A stretch of 64,000 nucleotides of DNA from an uncultured Clostridia bacterium (GTDB taxonomy: Bacteria > Bacillota > Clostridia > TANB77 > CAG-508). The first letter of the stretch is position 1; every line of letters starts with the position of its first letter. Shown in pieces: positions 1-11,390 of this stretch. The position numbers and the translations under genes are program-made. The notes under the pieces were generated by a model that was not told the origin of the DNA, ran no database searches, and saw only the letters and a program-made list of their open reading frames with translations. The stretch is from positions 21,041-85,040 of the forward strand of contig CANQIC010000002.1 in NCBI GenBank assembly GCA_947623865.1. The letters run 5' to 3'.

Positions 1-1528
1 ATATTAATGATTATGAGTTATTTTAGGAATGTGATAACAAGTAAATTTAAACTTAAAATAAATAGTAATGTAAAACTAGAGTTATATAGGCATGTTTTAA
101 ATTTAGAATATAAGAGTTATAACTCTTATGATAAAACTGAAATTTTACAAAGAATAACAGAAGACAGTGATATTTATTCTAACTTTTTTAACAATCAATT
201 TAATATGATAATAGATATTATATTCTTAAGTATATTTATAATAACAGAAACAATTAGTTTAAATATTGCAATAACAATATATTTTGTAATCACATTTTTT
301 ATTATGATTACATTTTCTTTATGGTATTTAAAAAGATTAGATAAACAAATAGATGAGTGCATTGCTACAAGAAAGAATTTATTAGGAACTACAATGCTAA
401 ATCTTAATAATTTTAAATTAATTAGAATGCTAAATAAACAAAATGAGGAAGAAAATAAGTATAAAAGACTAAACAAAGAATGTACTAAAAGCAATATTAA
501 ATTAATAAAATTAATTTTATTCTATGAGATAATGAGCGATCATATAACATATCTAAAAACTCCAATAATTTTTATAATAGGAGGAATATCTGTTATAAAT
601 GGAACAATGACTATTCGGAGGAATAACAGTATTATTAAATTATGCAGGAAAGATATTTGACTATTTTCTAGAATTAGGTGCAAATCTTGAATCAATTGAT
701 GACTTTTATGCTGTTAGTAAGAAAATAAGTAAAATGCTTAAGTTAAGAGAAGAAGACAAAAATAAAAAGTCATATAACTTAAATGGAGATATTATTTTTA
801 GCAATGTTAATATATATGCTGAAAATAAATTAATGCTTAGAGATTTGAATTTTATTATAAAAAAAGGTGAAAAAATTGCAATTATTGGAAATAATGGAAG
901 TGGAAAAAGTTTATTATCAAAAGCAATACTAAGATTTAATGATTACGATGGAAATATATATATAAATAATCATAATATAAATAGGTTAAACAAAAGCAAT
1001 ATTAGAGAATATGTTGATTTAGTAGAAGGAGATTCATATTTATTTAAAGGTACAATAATAGAAAATGTATTATTAAATGATAGTACTAATGAGAAAAAGT
1101 TAGTAATAGATAAAGTGCTTAAAGATTGTGAAGTATATGAAGATATTCAAAGATTCAAAGATAAAGAGAATACATTAATTGGAGAAAAGGGAACAAAACT
1201 TTCTGGAGGGCAAAAACAAAGAATATCAATTGCAAGAACCTTAGTAAAGGACAAGCCAATTCTTATATTTGATGAAGCATTAAATAAAATTGATAATTAT
1301 ACAAAAGAAAAGATATTAATGAATTTAATGAATAAATATAGTGAGAAGACAATGTTATTTATAACTCATGATTTAAGTATTATAGAATATGTAGATAGAA
1401 TCATATATATAGATAATAAAACGAGCAATGTAGGAGAACATGAAGAATTAATAAATAAGAATTCGAAATATAAAGAATTAGTAAAAATGAATTATAATAT
1501 AGGGGCAAAAGATGAAATTAAAAAATAA
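1..1528 (+). CDS. ABC exporter, fused permease/ATP-binding protein (5' end outside window); frame broken by extra C at 616
   Basis: ORF 7-660 is a 6-TM ABC permease domain; ORF 734-1528 has Walker A GNNGSGKS, signature LSGGQKQR and Walker B ILIFDEAL. Deleting C616 (attCggagg) joins them as ...GTMTIGGITVLLNYAGKIFDYF... Confidence 0.7.
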
Positions 1529-1560
1529 TAAATTGAGAGATTTAAATAAAATGTATAAGG

Positions 1561-3177
1561 ATGCACGGCCATCATAATAAGTTTATACAATTATTTTTAC
1601 TTATTGTAGCAACGGTAATTATTGAAATTATATTAGTTACATATCTTACAAAAAAAATTATAAATATTGAGATTCCAAATAGAAATATAAAAGGAGTAAT
1701 CATATATTCAATATTATATATTATAATCATATTAACACAAAGTTATATGGTTCTAAAGCATTGTGACATGAGATGTATTCTAGAAAGAATAATGCAGGGA
1801 GAATTAAGAGATAAAGTATTTAAAAAATTGCAAAAAATAAATACAAAGTTTTACGATGATAACTCAACAGGAACAATTTTACAGTTTATGCAAAATGATA
1901 TAAATGATGCAGGGAGGCTGTTCCCAGATATAATAGTAGAAATGTACTTTATGGGACTTGTAAGATTCTTAATTATAGCTTTTTTCTTAATGCTTATTGA
2001 TGTAAAAGTAACTTCATTAATTATGGGATTATACATAGTTGGATATGTAATAACTGTGTATTTTAACAAAAAAACGGTAAAAGAGATAAACGAAATAAGA
2101 AATATAAATATTCAAATTTATTCTTTAATAAATGAGGGAATACAGGGCTTTCTAACAATAAAAACATTAGAAATTATAAAAAAGAAAATTCAAGAACTAG
2201 AAAAAAAACTAAATGAATTTACATTAAAAAATAAAAACTTAGAGAAGATAGTTGGAATGTATAATAGTATATTTACATTTATAACATCTCTTGCAACACC
2301 TTTAATAATTATATTTACAGGAAATAACATCATTAAGGGTCTAGCAACATATGCAGAAATTATGTTATTAATTGACTATAGTTCAAACCTCAAATATGAA
2401 TTTAATTGGTTTATAAAACATTTAACAGATTTTAATAAGGCATTTATTTCATATTCAAAGATATTATCATTTTTAGAATTAGAAAATGTAGAAGATGTTA
2501 ATAAAGGACAAGAATTAAAAGAAATAAATTCTATAGAATTTAAAAATATAAATTTTTCATATAACGAAAATCAAAAAGCAATAAAAGAATTTAATTTAAA
2601 AATTAACGAAAATGACAAGATTGCTCTAGTTGGAAAAACTGGAAGTGGTAAAAGTACAATAACTAACTTATTGTGTAGATTTTATGAACCTACTGATGGG
2701 AAGATACTAATTAATGGGAACGATTATAGAAAATTTAGTATAGCTTCATTAAGAAATAATATAGGATATATAATGCAAGATGTACAAATAGTACCCTATA
2801 CAATAATTGATAATATAAGATATGTTAATAAAGAAATTAAAGAAAATGAAATAGAAACTATATTTAAGAAACTAAAATTACATGATAAAATAATGAGTTT
2901 AAAAGATGGATATAATACAAATATTTTTAATAATATAGACATACTATCAAGTGGAGAAAGACAACTTATAAGTTTTGCAAGAATTATGGCTATAAATCCA
3001 GATTTAATAATACTAGATGAGGTAACATCTAACTTAAGTTATAATTCAGAGATACTTGTTAAAAATGCAATAAAAGAAGTAACAAAAGGAAAGATAAGTA
3101 TAATTATAGCTCATAGATTAGAAACTATTAAGTTATGCAATAAGATTATTACTATGAAAGATGGAAAAATAGTATAA
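1561..3177 (+). CDS. ABC exporter, fused permease/ATP-binding protein
   Basis: 538 aa; N-terminal TM domain; Walker A GKTGSGKST, LSSGERQ signature, ILDE Walker B. Confidence 0.8.
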   Translation: MHGHHNKFIQLFLLIVATVIIEIILVTYLTKKIINIEIPNRNIKGVIIYSILYIIIILTQSYMVLKHCDMRCILERIMQGELRDKVFKKLQKINTKFYDDNSTGTILQFMQNDINDAGRLFPDIIVEMYFMGLVRFLIIAFFLMLIDVKVTSLIMGLYIVGYVITVYFNKKTVKEINEIRNINIQIYSLINEGIQGFLTIKTLEIIKKKIQELEKKLNEFTLKNKNLEKIVGMYNSIFTFITSLATPLIIIFTGNNIIKGLATYAEIMLLIDYSSNLKYEFNWFIKHLTDFNKAFISYSKILSFLELENVEDVNKGQELKEINSIEFKNINFSYNENQKAIKEFNLKINENDKIALVGKTGSGKSTITNLLCRFYEPTDGKILINGNDYRKFSIASLRNNIGYIMQDVQIVPYTIIDNIRYVNKEIKENEIETIFKKLKLHDKIMSLKDGYNTNIFNNIDILSSGERQLISFARIMAINPDLIILDEVTSNLSYNSEILVKNAIKEVTKGKISIIIAHRLETIKLCNKIITMKDGKIV

Positions 3178-3189
3178 AAAGGAGCTTTT

Positions 3190-3762
3190 ATGGAATTTAA
3201 AGAAGTAATAAATGAGAGACTAACAACATTAAAATACACAGATCAAAAAATAAAAAAAGAAGACTTAAATAAAATTATAAATAATGCTATAATTGCACCT
3301 TCTGCTAAAAACAGACAGCCCTGGAGATTTTATATATTAAATAAAAAAGAAAGAAATAAAATTGCAGATATGATGGATGCTTGGGAGAAAGGCATAAAAG
3401 AAAATGAGTTTGGAATAGTAACAACTATTCATAGGTCAGCAAACATAATGAGAACTGCAAGTGATGTAATACTTGTATATAAATATGGGGAGAAAGTTAT
3501 ATATAAAGAAACTGTAGATATACTTTCAATAGGAGCAGCAATAGAAAACATGATACTTACAGCAACTGATTTAGGAATAAGTAGTACTTGGCTTGCAGAT
3601 GTAAGATTTGTTTTATGTGATGTAAATAAATATTTGAAAATAGAGAATATGGATTTAATGAGTGGTATTGCATTTGGATATAGGGCAGAAAAGCCCAATA
3701 GAAAAGGACGCTATTCAAAAGAATATTTGATATTAAATAAAAAGGATGTAGAATATGAATAA
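3190..3762 (+). CDS. nitroreductase family protein
   Basis: 190 aa; IIAPSAKNRQPWRFYIL motif typical of the NADH/flavin nitroreductase fold. Confidence 0.7.
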   Translation: MEFKEVINERLTTLKYTDQKIKKEDLNKIINNAIIAPSAKNRQPWRFYILNKKERNKIADMMDAWEKGIKENEFGIVTTIHRSANIMRTASDVILVYKYGEKVIYKETVDILSIGAAIENMILTATDLGISSTWLADVRFVLCDVNKYLKIENMDLMSGIAFGYRAEKPNRKGRYSKEYLILNKKDVEYE

Positions 3763-5014
3763 GGATTTTATAGAAAGAATAAAAAATATGGAAAACTATA
3801 CTTACACACCTGAACTTCCAGAATTTTCTAAAGACATAGAATATAGGGCTAGAAAAATAATAGGAGATATGGATAAAAGATATAGAAATAACATTGTTGC
3901 AACAATGAAGGGAGATTCTACAATTATTCATGTCAGAGAAAACAACTATGATGGAAGGAAAGTTATACAATTTCAGGCAAGAACTTCTGGTTGTAATATG
4001 AAAAAATGTGGTTCTTGTTGGAATTGTAATTATGGTATAAAGGAAAAGAACACTATTGAACCAAAAGAATATATAAAAGAATTTGAAAAGCTTATAAATA
4101 AATATGAGGGTGATACAATAGTGATGGAGGCAATGGGAAGTGTTACTGATAAAAAAGAGTTTCCACGAGAGGCATTACTTGAAATGATTGATATTGTATT
4201 AAAAAAGGGTAGATTTAAAAGTTTAACTTTTGAGACACATATTACTCAAATAGATGAAGAACTTATTAAATACATAAACCAAAAAAATTTAGAATCATCA
4301 GAAAGAAAAATAATAGCCTTTGAAGTAGGAATTGAGGATTTTAATCCAGATAATAGAATTCTAATAAATAAAAAGGGAGTTACAAATGAAAAAATAAAAC
4401 AGGTTTATGATATGCTAGATAAATATGGAATTGAATTAGATATTAATTTAATTTATGGTTTTCCATTTCAAACAGAAGATGAAAGAATAGAAGCTATGGC
4501 TCAAAATATAAAATATGCCAAAGAAAATTTACCAAATGCAGGATTAATATTGTTTTTAATGAGTGTAAAAGATAATACAATAATGAATAATATGTATAAA
4601 TCTGGTTATTATAAATTACCTAATCCATGGGGGTTTGTAGAAGCGGCTAGAATAGCACTTAAAGAAGATAGAGAAGGATATATAGGATTTTCATGGTTTG
4701 GCGAAAAAGAAGATCCTATTGTAGGGCAGACAAAGGCATATTGTTGTCCAGATTGTCAAAGAATTATTATAGATGCACTAAAAAAAATTAATAAAACATA
4801 TAACAAATATAAAAGAAAAGAAATATTAGATGAGCTTTTATACAAGGCAAAGGAATTAGATTGTAAACATTATGAAAAATTTCAAAAGGAATTATATGAA
4901 ATTAAAAGTTCTAAAAGAAAATCATCAAAAGAAAGATTACATGATTATTATCAATATATAATAAATGAAAAAACAGGAGCTAAAATAGGTTATCCAGATG
5001 AACCAGAGTTATAG
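3755..5014 (+). CDS. radical-SAM-like protein with atypical Cx4Cx2C cluster, function unknown
   Basis: 419 aa; CNMKKCGSCWNC cysteine cluster; TIM-barrel-like alternation; no confident family call. Confidence 0.4.
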   Translation: MNKDFIERIKNMENYTYTPELPEFSKDIEYRARKIIGDMDKRYRNNIVATMKGDSTIIHVRENNYDGRKVIQFQARTSGCNMKKCGSCWNCNYGIKEKNTIEPKEYIKEFEKLINKYEGDTIVMEAMGSVTDKKEFPREALLEMIDIVLKKGRFKSLTFETHITQIDEELIKYINQKNLESSERKIIAFEVGIEDFNPDNRILINKKGVTNEKIKQVYDMLDKYGIELDINLIYGFPFQTEDERIEAMAQNIKYAKENLPNAGLILFLMSVKDNTIMNNMYKSGYYKLPNPWGFVEAARIALKEDREGYIGFSWFGEKEDPIVGQTKAYCCPDCQRIIIDALKKINKTYNKYKRKEILDELLYKAKELDCKHYEKFQKELYEIKSSKRKSSKERLHDYYQYIINEKTGAKIGYPDEPEL

Positions 5015-5216
5015 TGATATTATAATTTAACAGATTAATATAAAGTAAAATAATTTTGAATCACATTTCTAGCAAATAGGAGAAATGTGATTTTACTTTG
5101 TCAAAAACAAATACTTTTTTTTTTAATATTTATATGATATAACTATATAGTAGTAATTAGGAGAATATTAATGAATATAAAATAAATATATGTAGCAAAA
5201 AGAGGGTGTAGTAAAT

Positions 5217-6014
5217 ATGTTATTTAAAAGTGCTTATGAGGTAACTCCTTGTGGTATGTTTTCAGCAAAGCATTTTATACTATTTGTAATAACAATAATT
5301 TGTATAATAATTGCACTTAAATATACCAAGAATATGGAAAAAGATAAAGTAAAAAAATTAATTAAAAAAACTACTATTATTTTATGGATTTTGGAAATAA
5401 TAAAAATTATATATAATATTATAAATTATGGTTTCACAGCTATAAATAAATATGTACCATTATATTTTTGTAGTCTTATATTATATGCAGGAATATTTAG
5501 TGGATTTTGTAAAGGAATATTCAAGAAAATTGGAGATGTATTTTTATCTACTGGAGGAATTGTGGCAGGATTAATTTTTTTAATATCACCACTTACGTCA
5601 CTCACAGTCTATCCAGCACTTCATTTTATAAGCATACATAGCTTTGTATTGCATGGAACAATGGTGTATATAGGAATGTTAATGTTAATAACGAAATATA
5701 CTGAAATCAATAGAAAAGATATTATATATTATGCTTCAATAATAGTTACAATTAGTGTTATAGCATATATAGTAAATTTAATATTTGATAGTAATTTGAT
5801 GTTTATATCACAAAATTATCCAGGTACATTTATAGAAATAATATACAATTTATCAGGAAAATTATTTCCGATAGTGATGGTTGCATTACAAGCTACATTA
5901 CCATTCTATATTGTTTATGGAATATACAAAAAAATAAATGATAAAAATATTAAAAAAATTAATATTCAAATTGATTCAGATACTAAAGAAAAAGAAAAAA
6001 TATACATTAATTAG
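5217..6014 (+). CDS. polytopic membrane protein, unknown function
   Basis: 265 aa with about 7 hydrophobic segments; upstream 12-bp inverted-repeat terminator at 5061-5094. Confidence 0.4.
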   Translation: MLFKSAYEVTPCGMFSAKHFILFVITIICIIIALKYTKNMEKDKVKKLIKKTTIILWILEIIKIIYNIINYGFTAINKYVPLYFCSLILYAGIFSGFCKGIFKKIGDVFLSTGGIVAGLIFLISPLTSLTVYPALHFISIHSFVLHGTMVYIGMLMLITKYTEINRKDIIYYASIIVTISVIAYIVNLIFDSNLMFISQNYPGTFIEIIYNLSGKLFPIVMVALQATLPFYIVYGIYKKINDKNIKKINIQIDSDTKEKEKIYIN

Positions 6015-6037
6015 TATTAAACTAAGGAGGACAAAAT

Positions 6038-6346
6038 ATGAGTGTATTAAAAATAACTAGTAATAATTTCGAGAAAGAAATTTTAAATTCAAAAAAAACA
6101 ACAATTGTAGATTTTTATGCAGATTGGTGTACACCATGTAAAATGATGTCACCAATAATTGATAACATAGCAGAAGAAACTGATAATATTAATGTTGGTA
6201 AATTAAATGTTGATGAAGAGGAAAACATAGCTATCAAATATAACGTAATGAGTATACCAACTATAATAATATTTAAAGATGGAAAAGAAATAAAAAGATT
6301 TGTAGGAGTAACAAATAAAGAAGTTATATTAAATGAATTAAAATAA
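6038..6346 (+). CDS. trxA: thioredoxin
   Basis: 102 aa; WCTPCK active site; strong RBS AAGGAGG 10 nt upstream. Confidence 0.85.
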   Translation: MSVLKITSNNFEKEILNSKKTTIVDFYADWCTPCKMMSPIIDNIAEETDNINVGKLNVDEEENIAIKYNVMSIPTIIIFKDGKEIKRFVGVTNKEVILNELK

Positions 6347-6385
6347 TAGAAACAATACTTTTGTAAATTATAGACGAATAAAAAA

Positions 6386-6430
6386 GTAGGGTATGTGTAT
6401 GTATTATTACATTACCCTATTTTTATTTCA
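6386..6430 (+). terminator. rho-independent terminator after trxA
   Basis: gtagggta...taccctat stem followed by TTTTATTT. Confidence 0.6.
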
Positions 6431-6464
6431 TTTTTATGACAATTATTGCAGATAAAAAAGTAAT

Positions 6465-7790
6465 ATGCTAAAATTGTATCAGTTTGTGAAGAATATTAAA
6501 AATTTAGGGGATAAAATGGAAAAAGAAAAATATTTGAATAAATTCGTAAAAATATATCCAATATTAAAAGGTTTTACAGATGATTTACTATTTTTTATAG
6601 CAATAGATACATTGTTTTTTACTGTTGCAAAAGGATTATCTGCCCAGCAGATTGTATTTTTAACATCTATATCATCAATATTTTCATTAATATGTAGAGC
6701 AACACTAATAAGAACTATTGAAAAAATAGGAAATACAAAATCTGTTAGAATAGGAATGGGACTTTTATTATTATCAAGTATATTTATAACATTTGGAACA
6801 TCATATTTATGGATTATGATAGGTAAAGTAATTTACGAAATTGCATGGGTATTTAAGGATATGGAAAATGTAATTCTTAAAAATAATTTGATAGTTCTAG
6901 GAAAGGCAAATGATTACGCAAAAATATCAAACAAAGAAATGAATATATATGCATTTTTAACATTAATTGTTTCCTTGAGTTCTGGATTTTTATTTAATAT
7001 AAATCCGTATTTACCAATGTATCTATGTATAACAATTTGTATAGCTGCTTTCATAATGTATTTTAGTATGAAAGATGTATCAAATAATGATACTATAATT
7101 ACACAAAAAAATAATAATATAAAATTAAGATTTAGTAAAATAATATGGATTATTTTGCTAAGCTATGGAGTGTTTTATGGAGTGATAACATCTGGACAAC
7201 AAAATGGGAAATTATTAATTCAATATGAGCTATCTACTGCTTATGATACTGCTAAAGTTTCTATGTACTTGGGAGTAATTGTTGCTATTTCTCGTGTATC
7301 TAGATTAATAGGTAATATTATTTTTGGAAAGGTTTATTACAGAATAAAAGATAAAGCAGTATTAATTTTGACAACTATGCTATTCTCGTCTTTTATATTT
7401 ATAGTAATAGGATACTTTAGTAAACTTACACTACTAAGATTTATATTAATGGCAACAGGATTTTCCATAATACTCGCAGTTAGAGATCCTTTTAGACTAT
7501 ATACTACAGATACTATTTTAAAATTAGCAAAACCAGAAGAGCAACAAGAGGCGGTATCATATGTGCAGTTTGCAAGAAAAGCAGGAACTACAATTTGTAC
7601 TCTTCTAGTGTCAGCAGCATTATTAAAATGGCAAATAATATATGTAATAATCGGAATAGGTGTTTTAGCAATTATGGAAGTTTTTATAGCTATGAGATTA
7701 TATTCAATGTTAAACTTTATCCATAATAGTGAAACTAAAATTAATGATGTGGAAAGAGAGAAAACAATAAATGATAATATATATAATTAG
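6465..7790 (+). CDS. MFS-type transporter
   Basis: 441 aa; about 12 TM helices in a 6+6 arrangement. Confidence 0.55.
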   Translation: MLKLYQFVKNIKNLGDKMEKEKYLNKFVKIYPILKGFTDDLLFFIAIDTLFFTVAKGLSAQQIVFLTSISSIFSLICRATLIRTIEKIGNTKSVRIGMGLLLLSSIFITFGTSYLWIMIGKVIYEIAWVFKDMENVILKNNLIVLGKANDYAKISNKEMNIYAFLTLIVSLSSGFLFNINPYLPMYLCITICIAAFIMYFSMKDVSNNDTIITQKNNNIKLRFSKIIWIILLSYGVFYGVITSGQQNGKLLIQYELSTAYDTAKVSMYLGVIVAISRVSRLIGNIIFGKVYYRIKDKAVLILTTMLFSSFIFIVIGYFSKLTLLRFILMATGFSIILAVRDPFRLYTTDTILKLAKPEEQQEAVSYVQFARKAGTTICTLLVSAALLKWQIIYVIIGIGVLAIMEVFIAMRLYSMLNFIHNSETKINDVEREKTINDNIYN

Positions 7791-8316
7791 ACATGGGCAA
7801 ACAGAATGGAATATAACACATAAACTTCAAGGAAAATCAAATATACCATTAAATTCAGAAGGAATAAAACAAGCACAAAATGCAAAATTGAAATTTAATA
7901 ATATAGACATAGATTTTATAATCTGTAGTACTTTAGATAGAGCAAAAGAGACAGCTAGAATAATAAATACGGATAAAAATATACCAATTAAATATGATGA
8001 GAGAATTTGTGAGAGAGACTACGGAAAACTTGAAGGTGTTAATTTAAGAGATATAAATATTTTCGAATATATGAATTATTATATAGATAAGAAAGTAGAA
8101 GATGGAGAAAGTATAAAACAATTTTTTAAAAGAATATATAGTTTTTTAAGGGAATTAGAGAATAAATATAAAAATAAAAATAATGAAAAAATCTTATTAG
8201 TAACTCATGGAGATGTGTCAAGAGCGATTAACTGTTATTTTAATGGTATACCTAAGAATGGAAATGTTCAAAATTTAATGATAGATAATTGCGAAATAAA
8301 GGAGTACAAAAAATAA
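7771..8316 (+). CDS. histidine phosphatase (phosphoglycerate-mutase-like) family protein
   Basis: IIRHGQTEWN catalytic RHG motif. Confidence 0.7.
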   Translation: MIIYIIRHGQTEWNITHKLQGKSNIPLNSEGIKQAQNAKLKFNNIDIDFIICSTLDRAKETARIINTDKNIPIKYDERICERDYGKLEGVNLRDINIFEYMNYYIDKKVEDGESIKQFFKRIYSFLRELENKYKNKNNEKILLVTHGDVSRAINCYFNGIPKNGNVQNLMIDNCEIKEYKK

Positions 8317-9526
8317 ATGAAAGAATACTTATGTAAGAAGGAATACATATATTTATATTTAGGAGAATTTACATTTAGGTTCGGAAATGCATTAATAGAT
8401 ATATTTGGTACAGTAATGCTATACAAAACTGGAATGCCAATATCTTTAATATTATTAATATATGGAATTAGATTTGGAATAATGGGAGCCTTTTCACCAC
8501 TATTTATAAAGATTGCATCTAGATATGGAATAGCTTTTTGCAGATTTCTTGCAAATGTATGCAGGGTAATAAGCTGCTATATGCTAATTACTAATAAGTA
8601 TAATTTATTTATTTTTATTGTAACTATGGGATTAGCAGGTTCATTATCAAATCCAATAGCAAATTCAATTTCAGCACGATATATCGATGAAAAAAACAGA
8701 GGAAAATACAATGGCATAAGAACTATATCTAATATATTGGGAACAGCCTTAGCAACTACAACAATTGCAATGGGAATAGTGACAAACAATAATATACATA
8801 TACTTATTTTGGTAATAATAGCATTTAGCTTGCAAGTATATTTTGCAAAGAAATTAGATTATAAACCAGACAATAAATATAAAGGAACATACTTAGATTT
8901 ATTTAAAGACATAATAAAACTAAAAACTCCTGCAAAAAAGATATGTATTGCAAAGGCATTCGACATTATTGAAAGGTTTTTTGTACCATTATATATTTAT
9001 ATAGCACTTAATGACTTTGTTGCATTTTCAATAGTAGTTATTGTATCGTTAATTATACAAACTATAATACTGTTTGTTTCACGGAGTATGCATGGACAAG
9101 AATATGATAAAAACCAGTAGCGTTATATCAGTTTTAAAAGCAATAGTATCAGGAATATTTTTAGTTATTAAAAACAAGTTGTTTATATCATTAAATAATA
9201 TGATATATGATAACATACAAAAAATGTATGAAACAACATATACAACTGCTTTGCAAGCAATTATAAGGAAGTCATACATAGATAATGATAAATTATCTAC
9301 TCTGTCAGAAATGTGGCTTTGTTTTACAGAATTGATAGTACTTGTATTGCTATCAATAATTGCAATATATATAAAAGAAAAAATATTTATATTGATATTT
9401 ATAACAGAAATAATAGCAATATTTTATGCTAAAAAAACAATTAGTAAATATTATAAAGAGGATAACAAATATGATAGTAATAGTAATATTAAATGCATTT
9501 ATAAGTACAATAGCTCAATACATTGA
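8317..9526 (+). CDS. MFS-like membrane transporter; frame broken by extra C at 9082
   Basis: ORFs 8317-9120 and 9074-9526 are both polytopic membrane segments. Deleting C in tcaCggagt gives continuous ...ILFVSGVCMDKNMIKTSS... Confidence 0.5.
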
Positions 9527-10311
9527 TAAGCATTTAGTGAATAAAGGAATTACAAGGAAAGATTATTTTTATTATATGTGCTTATCTATGATACCATTTG
9601 CAGCAATTATGATTGTAATAGAAACAATAAACGGAAATGCAAAATTTGAATTTAATATAATACCAATAGCTTTACTAATAGTAGCTATGTTTTTAAGATA
9701 TAATAAACAACAAGCAGTTCAAGGAAGTATAAAATATTTAAATCCATATGAAGTATCTACATACCTTTCACTTCGGAGTAATTCTTGCATTTTTAGTAGA
9801 CACAATATTAGGAATAAAAGAATTTACAATTACAACAGCAGTTTCAATATTTTTAACATTGTTAGGAGTATTTATATTAGCTGATGTTAAATTAAAGATA
9901 AAACGACTACAAAAAGATTTAATGATTAGAATTATAGGTGAAGTTGCACTTGGATATGTTGCACATTACATGTTAAAGTATTGGTCAAATGCCATATACA
10001 TATTATTACTTAATTTATGCCTAACAGCAGTATTCTCAAGGAGATATACTTTTAAATATCATAAAGCTCACAAGAATATAATAAAATGGGTATTTATCCA
10101 ACAAACATTTGGATTTTTTACTATTTATTTAGGTAATTACTTATCTACCAACTCTGTAACATTGTATCAATATGTAAGACCAGTTGCTATTGTGTTTACA
10201 ATATTTGTAGCGTTTTTACTTAAAAACATAGACAGAAAGCCTAAATTAAAGGACTTGTTTGCTGTATGCTTAGTAGCTTTAGGACTATATATAATAAATA
10301 ACAACATATAA
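9470..10311 (+). CDS. EamA/DMT-family transporter; frame broken by extra C at 9774
   Basis: ORFs 9426-9884 and 9748-10311; deleting C in cttCggagta gives ...STYLSLGVILAFLVDTILG...; 10 TM pattern; RBS AAAGAGGA before ATG 9470. Confidence 0.55.
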
Positions 10312-10363
10312 GAAGGAAAGTAAAAATTGGACAATAAAAATAAGTAGTAAATATTTAATAAAA

Positions 10364-10411
10364 AAAGAACTTAGGGCTTATTATACTGACCATAATAAGT
10401 TCTTTTTTTAT
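10364..10411 (+). terminator. rho-independent terminator
   Basis: aaagaactta...taagttcttttttt. Confidence 0.6.
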
Positions 10412-10513
10412 TGTATATGAATAATAGATTTTTATATTATTTATAGAAATGAATTTATTATATTGTAAATAAAAATAACATATGATAAAATACAGATAAA
10501 ATGAGGTAATAAA

Positions 10514-11350
10514 ATGAAAAGATTAGTAACAATTCAAGATATATCATGTGTAGGAAAGTGTTCACTTACAGTAGCACTTCCAATAATATCATCAATGGGA
10601 GTAGAAACATCAGTTATTCCAACAGCTGTACTTTCAACTCATACAATGTTTAAAAGATTTACATTTAGAGATTTAAGTAGTGATATACCTGAAATTGCAA
10701 AACATTGGAAAGAAGAAAATATTAATTTTGAAGCAATATATACAGGTTATTTAGGATCAATTGAACAAATTGATATGTTAAAAGATTTTTTTAAACAATT
10801 TAAAACAAATGATAATTTTATTTTTATTGATCCAGTAATGGGGGATAATGGCAAATTGTATACTGGTTTCAATCAAAAATTTGCTTTAAAAATGAAAGAT
10901 TTATGTAAAATGGGTGATGTGATAGTACCAAATCTTACAGAAGCAAGCTATATGTTAGAAAGAGAATATAAAGAAAAGTATACAGAAGAAGAAATAAAAG
11001 AAATACTAATTAAATTGAGCAATTTAGGACCTAAACAAGTAATACTTACAGGTATTAGTTTTAATGATAATGAATTAGGGGTTATGTCATATAATAAAAA
11101 GACTAATGAATTTTTTACATATTTTAAAGAAAAAATACCTGTTAAATATCATGGAACAGGAGACATCTTTTCTAGTACATTAGTTGGGGCAATGGTAAAT
11201 GATAATTCTCTAGAAGAAAGTTTAAAAATTGCAGTAGACTATGTTTGGGAAACAATATTAGATACGTATAAAGAAAAAAAAGAAGATGCATATGGAGTTA
11301 ATTTTGAAACTAAAATACCATATTTAATAAGTAGAGCTAATAAATTATAA
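10514..11350 (+). CDS. pdxK: pyridoxal/pyridoxine/pyridoxamine kinase
   Basis: 278 aa ribokinase-fold; N-terminal DISCVGKCSL..PI and GTGD motif. Confidence 0.75.
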   Translation: MKRLVTIQDISCVGKCSLTVALPIISSMGVETSVIPTAVLSTHTMFKRFTFRDLSSDIPEIAKHWKEENINFEAIYTGYLGSIEQIDMLKDFFKQFKTNDNFIFIDPVMGDNGKLYTGFNQKFALKMKDLCKMGDVIVPNLTEASYMLEREYKEKYTEEEIKEILIKLSNLGPKQVILTGISFNDNELGVMSYNKKTNEFFTYFKEKIPVKYHGTGDIFSSTLVGAMVNDNSLEESLKIAVDYVWETILDTYKEKKEDAYGVNFETKIPYLISRANKL

Positions 11351-11390
11351 GAGAAAAAATTTAATAGTTAAATATTAATATATCTATTAT

